Source: a candidate division WOR-3 bacterium (lineage in GTDB: Bacteria; Hydrothermota; Hydrothermia; LBFQ01; DSFT01). From it: a stretch of 12,251 nt of DNA. Under the pieces are notes generated by a model. That model was not told the origin of the DNA and did no database searches. It was given only the letters and a program-made list of their open reading frames with translations. A program made the position numbers and the translations under genes. Location: the NCBI GenBank assembly GCA_965649115.1, contig CBFGJN010000057.1, forward strand, positions 1 to 12,251, written 5' to 3'. Positions within the stretch are counted from its first letter, which is position 1, and each line of letters starts with the position of its first letter. Shown piece after piece: positions 1-6,484 of the stretch.

Positions 1-316
1 GTATAACTTTAAACATATTGACAATTGTGGATTTTGCTGAACCAGGAGGGCCAATAAGCAATAGAATTCTTTTTGCTATATCTTGTCCTTGAGCAGCAGC
101 ACTAAAATATTGCATTATTTTATCAAGGACATAATCAATTCCGAATATCTCGTTTGAGAATGCTTTGTACTTTGTATATCCCTCTGGTCTTCTTTCAGTT
201 CCTTTTGATAGGATAGCATTGTATAGGATTTCATGAGCAAAAAGTGGTTCTCTTTCACCATTTTCTAATTTTTTTAATAGGTCCCTATACCAGAGACCAA
301 GTTTTAAATTGGTCAT
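1..316 (-). CDS. prkA: PrkA/YeaG-family serine protein kinase (AAA+ ATPase), 5' part; runs off the left edge
   Basis: Manual translation from ATG at 316: MTNLKLGLWYRDLLKKLENGEREPLFAHEILYNAILSKGTERRPEGYTKYKAFSNEIFGIDYVLDKIMQYFSAAAQGQDIAKRILLLIGPPGSAKSTIVNMFKVI. The FG...YF.AAAQG...KRILLL.GP.GS.KS segment matches the PrkA Walker A region. Strong SD GGAGGTG (332..326) lies 9 nt upstream. Confidence 0.88.
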   Translation of the reverse strand, partial: MTNLKLGLWYRDLLKKLENGEREPLFAHEILYNAILSKGTERRPEGYTKYKAFSNEIFGIDYVLDKIMQYFSAAAQGQDIAKRILLLIGPPGSAKSTIVNMFKVI

Positions 317-344
317 ATTATTTTTCACCTCCATTCAGTTCCAA

Positions 345-373
345 ATTTTAAGGCTAAACATTTTCACTGTCAA
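345..373 (-). promoter_or_regulatory. sigma70-type promoter for prkA
   Basis: Minus strand TTGACA (373..368), 17-bp spacer, TAAAAT (350..345), followed by the SD and ATG. Confidence 0.75.
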
Positions 374-395
374 GAGGGGTCATAAATGGCTCATT

Positions 396-504
396 ACTGT
401 GTCTGACAATTTTGAAAGTCCTTATTTTATCATATTTTCTCCCACCCACTCTGAAAATAAAGCTTCGCTTTATAAAGGACTTAACATTATTTATTAGACA
501 AAAC
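396..504. mobile_element. MITE-like repeat, copy A (109 bp)
   Basis: Degenerate left end ACTGTGTCTGACAA and right end TTATTAGACAAAAC. Core TTATTTTA..ATATTTT.TCCCACCCAC, hairpin ATAAAGC-TTC-GCTTTAT (457-473) and tail ACTTAACATTATTTATTAGACAAA all align with copy D. Confidence 0.7.
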
Positions 505-505
505 T

Positions 506-808
506 TTAGGAGAAAATTCCTTGAAACATTAATTCATATATATTGATTTTTAAACGATTATTAAGTTCGTCTTTTATTATTGGTTCAATCAAAATTTCAA
601 TTTCCAGAAGATTCTGTTCTAAAATTATATTATCAATTGCATCATAATCTTTATAGTTTTCGTATTCTGCAATTAAGTATCCGTTTGCGTCAAGATAAAT
701 ATAGCCTATAAGTCTTTTATTTTTATATAAGTTGAACAAAATTGGCTTTCTTGATAAGGCGAAGATCTGTAAAATTTCTTCTAAATTTCCATTAACAATC
801 TTCATCAT
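506..808 (-). CDS. Stand-alone DUF4388 (PATAN-like) domain protein
   Basis: GNLEEILQIFALSRK...GYIYL..GYLIAEY...DAI..I...KINIYELM fits the DUF4388 pattern (L..LLQ....S.K.G, G.IYF..G....A, ...EA...L, I......LL). TATAAT lies 7 nt upstream of the ATG. Confidence 0.6.
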   Translation of the reverse strand: MMKIVNGNLEEILQIFALSRKPILFNLYKNKRLIGYIYLDANGYLIAEYENYKDYDAIDNIILEQNLLEIEILIEPIIKDELNNRLKINIYELMFQGIFS

Positions 809-956
809 ATTTTAAATTATAATTTTATTTCTTAACAAATTCTAAACGGGTATTAAGTGTGCGGATATTAAGGATAAATCAGTTTGGTGATGCCGTGTTC
901 AATTATTTCTATTCTTTAATTATGGATTTATGACAAGCCCCCAAGGCAAAAGAATT

Positions 957-1016
957 GCTTTGTCCAGTAAAAGGAGGAAAAATATAGAAAAATATATGTT
1001 TAGTACTATACAAAGC
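957..1016. mobile_element. MITE-like repeat, copy E (60 bp, internally deleted, inverted relative to A-D)
   Basis: TGCTTTGTCCAGTA (956-969) and TACTATACAAAGCA (1004-1017) are inverted repeats matching at 12/14. The interior GGAAAAATATAGAAAAATATATGTTTAG aligns with the reverse complement of copy D (GGAAAAATATAGTAAAATAAATGATTTTAG). ATT flanks both sides. Confidence 0.7.
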
Positions 1017-1033
1017 ATTAAAATTTTCGTATT

Positions 1034-1450
1034 TTGCTATCTGTAATAACAAAGTCAGAGGAAGAAACACAAAAATTCGGTTATGATTTTGCCAAAAGCT
1101 TAGACTTAAATCAATTACCTGTCATAATAAAATTAATAGGTGAAGTCGGAAGTGGTAAAACTACATTTACAAGAGGTTTTTTAAAGTTTTTCAATATTGA
1201 AAATGCCAGAAGTCCAAGTTTTACAATTATAAATGAATATAATGCCAATAATTTGAAAATTTATCATATTGATTTTTATAGGATAAAAGGTTTTGAATTT
1301 GAAAATTTAGGAATTGATGAAATTTTAATGAGAAAAGCAATAATTATTATTGAATGGCCTGAAAATGTTAGTTTAAATCTTGAAAAAACAATTGATATAA
1401 AATTTGAGATTTTGTCAGAAAGTGAAAGAAAAATTACAATTATAGAATAA
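1034..1450 (+). CDS. tsaE: tRNA threonylcarbamoyladenosine biosynthesis ATPase TsaE (YjeE)
   Basis: SEEET..FG, Walker A GEVGSGKTTF, SPSF, YHIDFYRI and IIEWPE motifs; TTG start. Confidence 0.96.
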   Translation: MLSVITKSEEETQKFGYDFAKSLDLNQLPVIIKLIGEVGSGKTTFTRGFLKFFNIENARSPSFTIINEYNANNLKIYHIDFYRIKGFEFENLGIDEILMRKAIIIIEWPENVSLNLEKTIDIKFEILSESERKITIIE

Positions 1451-1581
1451 TTCTTTATTTTACCCACCCGCCCAAAAATTAAGCCATTGGCTTAAAAAAT
1501 CCTCATCTTTGGGAGGCTTTGCCTCCCTTTAAAACTCCCAAATAAATTTATAATTTCAGAAAGTTTTTCATATAATTACTC
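1451..1581. repeat. MITE-like repeat, copy B (core intact, termini eroded; boundaries approximate)
   Basis: TTATTTTACCCACCCGCCC, hairpin TTAAGCC-ATT-GGCTTAA (1479-1495), second hairpin, then TTTAAAACTCCC...TATAATTT, in the same order as copies C and D. Terminal inverted repeats are not clearly recognisable. Confidence 0.65.
1511..1530 (+). terminator. GC-rich hairpin within copy B that could act as an intrinsic terminator for tsaE
   Basis: GGGAGGC-TTT-GCCTCCC followed by TTTAAAA; the U-tract is short. Confidence 0.4.
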
Positions 1582-1599
1582 TTCTATAAAATTTAAACC

Positions 1600-2079
1600 T
1601 TGATGAACTACGTTTATATTTCACTTGGAACAAATTTGTTTGATAAAGTTAAAAATTTGAAGTATGCTATTAAAAAAATTAATGATTTTTCTAAAATTAT
1701 TCAAACTTCAAGTATTTATGAAAGCGAACCATATGGATATGAATTTCAAAATACTTTTTTAAACATTAGTATTCTTATTTCAACATCGCTAAACCCGTTT
1801 GACTTATTAATGGAATTTAAAAAAATAGAAAATTTAATGGGAAGAAAAAATTTATTTAGATATTCTCCAAGAATTATTGATATTGATATTCTTCTTTTTA
1901 ACGAATTTGAAATTAAAACGGAAAATTTAATTATTCCTCATCCCGAAATCTATAATAGAAGTTTTTTTGTAATTCCACTTCTAGAAATTATTTCAAAAGG
2001 TTTTAGAACCCTAAATTTTGATATAAGTAAAATTAATTTTAAGAATGGATGGTTGAGTAGAATTCCTCATCGTGTTTGA
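1600..2079 (+). CDS. folK: 2-amino-4-hydroxy-6-hydroxymethyldihydropteridine diphosphokinase (HPPK)
   Basis: YISLGTNL, SSIYESEPYG, FLN, IENLMGR, PRIIDIDILL, IPHP and RSF..PL.EI motifs. Start is TTG 1600 or ATG 1603. Confidence 0.96.
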   Translation: MMNYVYISLGTNLFDKVKNLKYAIKKINDFSKIIQTSSIYESEPYGYEFQNTFLNISILISTSLNPFDLLMEFKKIENLMGRKNLFRYSPRIIDIDILLFNEFEIKTENLIIPHPEIYNRSFFVIPLLEIISKGFRTLNFDISKINFKNGWLSRIPHRV

Positions 2080-2860
2080 TAAATTCAAAATCTTTGTCAT
2101 CCATAGCCAAAAACTTATATTCTATATTTGTTTCAATAGCTTTTTTAAGATTTATTATAGCATTTTTTTTATCTTTTAATAATGCATATGCACAAGATTT
2201 AATGTAATAAGCTTCTCCTCTATTGACATTTTTCTTAATGATTTCCTCACATATTTCAATTGATGCTTTGGGATCTATTTCTAGCATTAACTTTGCTTTG
2301 TGTAATAAACCTGAAATATAATTTGGATTTATTTTTAATGCTTTATCTACTAATTCTTTTGCTTCGTTTATTTTTCCAAGTTTATATAAAAGGATTGATT
2401 TTCCCGTTAAGCTATAAAAATCGTTTGGATTTTCATCTAATATACTATTATAGATTTCAATTGCTTCGTTATAAAAACCCATTTCAGATAAAATGGCAGC
2501 TTTATTTGGTAATAAAATTCTTTTAGCATCACTTTCTATATCTAAACCTTGCTCTATACAATTTAGAGCTTCTTGGTAGTGTTTTAGTTGTAAATAAATA
2601 AGAGCCTTTAAATTATAACCTCTTATGAATTTTGGATTTATTTCAAGAACCTTATTAACGCATATAAGGGCTGTTGTCCATTCCATGGTGTAATAATACT
2701 TTGTAGCAAGAATGAAATAATCTATTTCGTCTAATTTATAATCAAAATCAACAATCATTTTATTTAATAAATCACAAAATTCATTTATCTTAGGCAAATC
2801 ATTAAGGTATAAAATTCTTGAAGATAATTCAAATTTTAAATCTTCAAACTTTTCATTCAT
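2039..2860 (-). CDS. Tetratricopeptide-repeat protein
   Basis: Several TPR-like 34-aa units (KVLEINP, YQEALNCIEQGL, YNEAIEIY...ENP, KALKINP) and a C-terminal AYY.KSCAYALL...AI..LKKAI...A..D.DF cap. Start overlaps the yebC stop. Confidence 0.85.
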   Translation of the reverse strand: MNEKFEDLKFELSSRILYLNDLPKINEFCDLLNKMIVDFDYKLDEIDYFILATKYYYTMEWTTALICVNKVLEINPKFIRGYNLKALIYLQLKHYQEALNCIEQGLDIESDAKRILLPNKAAILSEMGFYNEAIEIYNSILDENPNDFYSLTGKSILLYKLGKINEAKELVDKALKINPNYISGLLHKAKLMLEIDPKASIEICEEIIKKNVNRGEAYYIKSCAYALLKDKKNAIINLKKAIETNIEYKFLAMDDKDFEFIKHDEEFYSTIHS

Positions 2861-3599
2861 TAAAACTTTCTAAAATATCTTTTTCAATATCAAAATTTGC
2901 GTAAACTTCTTGAACATCATCATGTTCATCAAGTGCATTGTACAATTTTAAAACTTTTTGAGCTTTTTCTCCCTCAACTTTAATTGTATTGTTTGGAATT
3001 AATGTGATTATTGATGAATCAATTTCTATTCCTTCTTTAATAAGGGCATCCTTTACATTATGAAAATCTTTTGGATTTGTATAAATTACAAAACAGTCTT
3101 CTTCTTTTATATCTTCAACATTTAAACTTAAAGCTAATTCAAATATCTTTTCTTCATTAACTTTATTTTTATTTATATATATAATGCCTTTTTCAGAGAA
3201 TTGCCAGAGAACGGAACCACTCGTTGCCAAATTTCCTCCATATTTTGAAAAAATGTGTCTTATCTCATTTACTGTTCTATTTTTATTATCAGTTAAAGCT
3301 TTTACAACAAAAGCAATTCCTTCTGGACCATAACCTTCATATATTACCTCTTCATAATTTGTCCCTTCTTCATTACCTAGCGCTCTTTTTATTGCTCTTT
3401 CTATGTTTTCCTTTGGAAGATTAACTTCTTTTGCCTTTTCCAAGATAAGCCTCAATCTAGGATTACTTTCAGGATCAGAACCACCAATTTTAACTGCTAT
3501 TGTAATTTCTCTTATAATTTTAGAGAATAATTTACCTTTTCTAGCATCTTTTAAAGCTTTTTTGTGTTTTATTTGAGCCCATTTACTATGTCCTGCCAT
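2853..3599 (-). CDS. yebC: YebC/PmpR family protein
   Basis: MAGHSKWAQIKHKK, NPRLR, YEGYGPEG, TDNKNRT and LDEHDDVQEVYANF signature motifs. Confidence 0.97.
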   Translation of the reverse strand: MAGHSKWAQIKHKKALKDARKGKLFSKIIREITIAVKIGGSDPESNPRLRLILEKAKEVNLPKENIERAIKRALGNEEGTNYEEVIYEGYGPEGIAFVVKALTDNKNRTVNEIRHIFSKYGGNLATSGSVLWQFSEKGIIYINKNKVNEEKIFELALSLNVEDIKEEDCFVIYTNPKDFHNVKDALIKEGIEIDSSIITLIPNNTIKVEGEKAQKVLKLYNALDEHDDVQEVYANFDIEKDILESFNE

Positions 3600-3634
3600 A
3601 TTTAAATTTTAAAGGATAAGAAGTTCAAATAATT

Positions 3635-3752
3635 GATTTGTCTAGTAATTCTAAAAGTATCTATTTTTCCCGCCCTAAAAATAAGCCTTTGGCTTAAACC
3701 CCCTTAAATTCCCACATTAAAACAATAATTTCAAAAAGCAATTAACAAAAGC
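3635..3752. mobile_element. MITE-like repeat, copy C (118 bp)
   Basis: TTGTCTAGTAATTCTAAAA (3638-3656) is identical to 12104-12122. Then TATTTTTCCCGCCCT, hairpin TAAGCC-TTT-GGCTTA (3682-3696), CCCCCTTAAATTCCC, and a shortened right end TTAACAAAAGC. ATT flanks both sides. Confidence 0.75.
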
Positions 3753-3753
3753 A

Positions 3754-4608
3754 TTATTGAAGTTTCGTTAATATAATACCGAAAATTATAATTATTATTG
3801 AAATTATAGCCCAAATTTCAATTTTTTCACCAACAATGATGCTCAACAAAAAAATTGATATAATTGGGGTTAAGTACATTAAATTGGCAACTATCGGAAT
3901 ATATATTTTTTCCTCAATAGCTTTTGCATAAATTAAAAATGTTATACTCATTTCAAAAATGCTAATATAAAAACTTCCGATTATTCCATAAATGTTGAAC
4001 TTTAAACTACCAAAAAATATCATAAAAAAGCTAATATAAAAAAAGCCAAATAAAAAGTTATAAAAAAGTTTAATTTCAATTTTTCTTTCATCGTTAGCAT
4101 TTAAAATCCAATAGATAGCCCAAATGATAGCACAGGAAATGCCTAACAAAAACCCAAAAGGATTAGAAAATTTAAAATTTATAACATTGCCCTTCGTTGC
4201 TAAAATCAAAATACCAATAAAACTTATCAAAATTCCTAAAACTTGAAAAAGTTTGATTGTTTTGAAAAAGAAAATTACTGAAAAAATAAAGAAAAAAATT
4301 TGCCATGTATTATTTAAAATTAGCATTTCTTGCCCTTTCATTATTGAATATCCTAAAAACAATAGCATATAATATAGAAAAGGGACAAGAAAACCTAAAT
4401 AAATAGAATTTCTATTACTGCTAAAATTAAGAATTTTCTTTAAATTTCCAAGCTTTAAATTTAAAAGAAACAAAATTAAAACTGAAAAAAAGCTTGAATA
4501 AAAGAGTAAGCTAAAAAAGTCAATAAATTTTAATGTAATTTTAAATGCACTAGCACTTGTTGACCAAAATAAAATTGAAATGATAGCATAAGTTAAGCTT
4601 TTTCTCAT
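3754..4608 (-). CDS. DMT/EamA-family transporter
   Basis: About 10 hydrophobic segments in two repeats; ILFWSTSASAFK, WAIYWILN, YLTPIIS and IVGEKI motifs. Confidence 0.9.
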   Translation of the reverse strand: MRKSLTYAIISILFWSTSASAFKITLKFIDFFSLLFYSSFFSVLILFLLNLKLGNLKKILNFSSNRNSIYLGFLVPFLYYMLLFLGYSIMKGQEMLILNNTWQIFFFIFSVIFFFKTIKLFQVLGILISFIGILILATKGNVINFKFSNPFGFLLGISCAIIWAIYWILNANDERKIEIKLFYNFLFGFFYISFFMIFFGSLKFNIYGIIGSFYISIFEMSITFLIYAKAIEEKIYIPIVANLMYLTPIISIFLLSIIVGEKIEIWAIISIIIIIFGIILTKLQ

Positions 4609-4612
4609 AGAT

Positions 4613-4641
4613 TTGAAATTTTAAATCTTATGCTTTATAAT
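4613..4641 (+). promoter_or_regulatory. sigma70-type promoter, predicted leaderless start at the ATG at 4649
   Basis: TTGAAA (4613-4618), 17-bp spacer, TATAAT (4636-4641), 7 nt, then ATG; no SD. Confidence 0.75.
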
Positions 4642-4648
4642 TTTCGGT

Positions 4649-4975
4649 ATGACAAGAAGAACATTCTTAAAGGTAGTTGGGGTTGTGGGGTTGATGGGTA
4701 TAGCGCTAAGAGGGAATGCTCTTGCTCAAGCTTCAAACTCAAAGTCCATAAACTATATTGAGGAAACTACAGATGGATATAATGTTATATTTTCAGATGG
4801 TTCTGTAATGAATGTAAATGAAACTGGTCTTTATGTTCTTGGAAGATTAAAGGAAGGTGCTTCTATAAGTCAAATAGCTAATGAAATTTCTCAAATTACT
4901 AAAAAAGATCCAAAAACTATTAAAGAAGATATAGAGGTTTTTGTGGATAATTTGAGGGTTCTTAAAATTATTTAA
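4649..4975 (+). CDS. Twin-arginine (Tat) signal peptide fused to a PqqD/RiPP-recognition-element-like domain
   Basis: MTRRTFLK Tat consensus, hydrophobic h-region and ALA|Q cleavage site. The mature part has three predicted beta strands then VNETGLYVLGRLKEGASISQIANEI...DPKTIKEDIEVFVDNLRVLKII, which matches the PqqD pattern LN.TG..IW..L....T...I...L......IE.D...FL..L....LI. Confidence 0.75.
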   Translation: MTRRTFLKVVGVVGLMGIALRGNALAQASNSKSINYIEETTDGYNVIFSDGSVMNVNETGLYVLGRLKEGASISQIANEISQITKKDPKTIKEDIEVFVDNLRVLKII

Positions 4976-5722
4976 TTGAAAAATATAATTGCAATTCCTG
5001 CACGTTATAATTCTTCTCGTTTAAGAGGTAAGGTTCTTTTAAAAATTGGAAAAAAAACATTAATAGAGTGGGTTCTTGAAAATGTTTCAAAATCAAAAAT
5101 TGCGGATGAAATTGTAGTAGCAACCGAAGATGAGAATGTTTATAATTTTGTAATTAAACTTGGATATAAATGCTTTATAACTTCTGATAAGCATCAAAGT
5201 GGAACGGATAGAATTGGAGAAGTTATTATGAATTTTCCAAATTATTATTTTATCGTTAATGTTCAAGCTGATGAACCATTTATAAAATCTGAAATTATAG
5301 ATAAAATTTTTTATGAACTTCATAACGATAGAACAGCTCATATTATAACTCCCATAACTCAAATAAATAATTTAGAAGAAATTAACAATCCAAATATTGT
5401 AAAAGTTGTTTTTGATAATCATTTTTTTGCAATTTATTTTTCAAGAAGTCCTATACCTTATAATAGAAGTGGGAATGCTATTTATTATAAACATATTGGA
5501 GTTTATGGATATAAAAGAGATTCATTGTTTAGCTTCATAAACCTTAAAAAATCAAAATTAGAAGAAGTTGAAGGACTTGAACAATTAAGGGCAATTGAAA
5601 ATGGTCTTAAAATTAAATGTATTATTGTGGATTATGATGGAATATCAATTGATACAATTGAAGATCTAGAAAAGGCAAGACAATTGGCTTTAAAATTTCA
5701 AAGTTATGATTATTCAAGATGA
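4976..5722 (+). CDS. kdsB: 3-deoxy-manno-octulosonate cytidylyltransferase (CMP-Kdo synthetase)
   Basis: IPARYNSSRL.GK, VVATED, HQSGTDRI, NVQADEP, YFSRSPIP, KHIGVYGY, LEQLRAIENG and IDTIEDL motifs. TTG start directly follows the upstream TAA. Confidence 0.96.
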   Translation: MKNIIAIPARYNSSRLRGKVLLKIGKKTLIEWVLENVSKSKIADEIVVATEDENVYNFVIKLGYKCFITSDKHQSGTDRIGEVIMNFPNYYFIVNVQADEPFIKSEIIDKIFYELHNDRTAHIITPITQINNLEEINNPNIVKVVFDNHFFAIYFSRSPIPYNRSGNAIYYKHIGVYGYKRDSLFSFINLKKSKLEEVEGLEQLRAIENGLKIKCIIVDYDGISIDTIEDLEKARQLALKFQSYDYSR

Positions 5723-6134
5723 GGAAAAACTTTTAAATTATCTAAAAAGTGCTAAAAGGATAGCAGTTATAGGTATAAAAGACAATCACGATGAGCCTGC
5801 TGGGAGAATTCCTAGATACTTATTAGCTAATGGTTATGATGTTATTCCGATAAATCCAAAATTGGAAAAGTGGCTTGGTAGAAAAGTATATAAAAGCATA
5901 GATGAAGTTGAGGAAGAAGTGGATATTGTAGATATATTCAGAAGATCAGAAGCTGTATTAGAGCATGCGAAGGAGATATTAAGAATGAAACATAAACCGA
6001 AACTTGTTTGGATGCAAGAAGGAATTATAAATGAAGAAGCAGCAAAATTGTTATCTGAAAATGGAATAGATGTTGTAATGAATAAATGTATTTATAAAGT
6101 TCATAGCTCATTTAAAAGTAGGGGGTTGTTATGA
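5706..6134 (+). CDS. CoA-binding domain protein (YccU-like)
   Basis: AKRIAVIG, YL..GYDVIPINP, VDIVDIFRRSE, VWMQEGI.NEEA and VVMNKC motifs. Confidence 0.92.
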   Translation: MIIQDEEKLLNYLKSAKRIAVIGIKDNHDEPAGRIPRYLLANGYDVIPINPKLEKWLGRKVYKSIDEVEEEVDIVDIFRRSEAVLEHAKEILRMKHKPKLVWMQEGIINEEAAKLLSENGIDVVMNKCIYKVHSSFKSRGLL

Positions 6135-6484
6135 GAAGAAAAATTTTTGTAGGAGCACATGCAAAAAGAGAAAGAAAAGCTTTTAAAGAATTTTTAATAA
6201 AATATCTAAAAGATAAAGTAAGAAACATATATGATAAAATTGCAGAAATGATATTTGAAGATGAAAATAATGTTAGAACTTCAAAAATTTTACAAAGAAT
6301 TTTTGTTGAGGTTTATGAGTTTTACATAAAGGGTGATGAGAAATTAGAAAGCGCTCTTGTAAAAGAATTAAAAATTGTATATAATAAAAAAGATATGAAT
6401 CCAAGTGATGTTCTTTCAAAACTCGTTTCTTATTTAAAAAATCAAAGAGAAATCGTGGAAGAGGAAAGTTATGAAGAGTACTGA
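6131..6484 (+). CDS. Hypothetical protein
   Basis: ATGA overlap with the upstream stop, GGGGG SD-like run, typical amino-acid composition, overlaps the next gene. No family recognised. Confidence 0.7.
   Translation: MRRKIFVGAHAKRERKAFKEFLIKYLKDKVRNIYDKIAEMIFEDENNVRTSKILQRIFVEVYEFYIKGDEKLESALVKELKIVYNKKDMNPSDVLSKLVSYLKNQREIVEEESYEEY

Noticed and set aside
309..497. 62-aa + strand ORF
   Set aside because: It runs across the prkA SD, promoter and repeat copy A, with no SD or recognisable motif.
840..950. 6S RNA, tRNA or riboswitch
   Set aside because: I could not fold a cloverleaf, a long 6S-type rod or a known aptamer consensus. Kept only as an unexplained stretch.
971..998. AAGGAGG as a Shine-Dalgarno for tsaE or a leader peptide
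   Set aside because: It is 56 nt from the tsaE start and 18 nt from the nearest ATG (996, out of frame with tsaE). It aligns with the G-tract of the repeat element.
3639..3644. TAGACA in the element end as an outward-facing -35 box for yebC or atpI
   Set aside because: The spacing to the TAAAAT box is 27 bp in both copies C and D, incompatible with a 16-18 bp sigma70 spacer.
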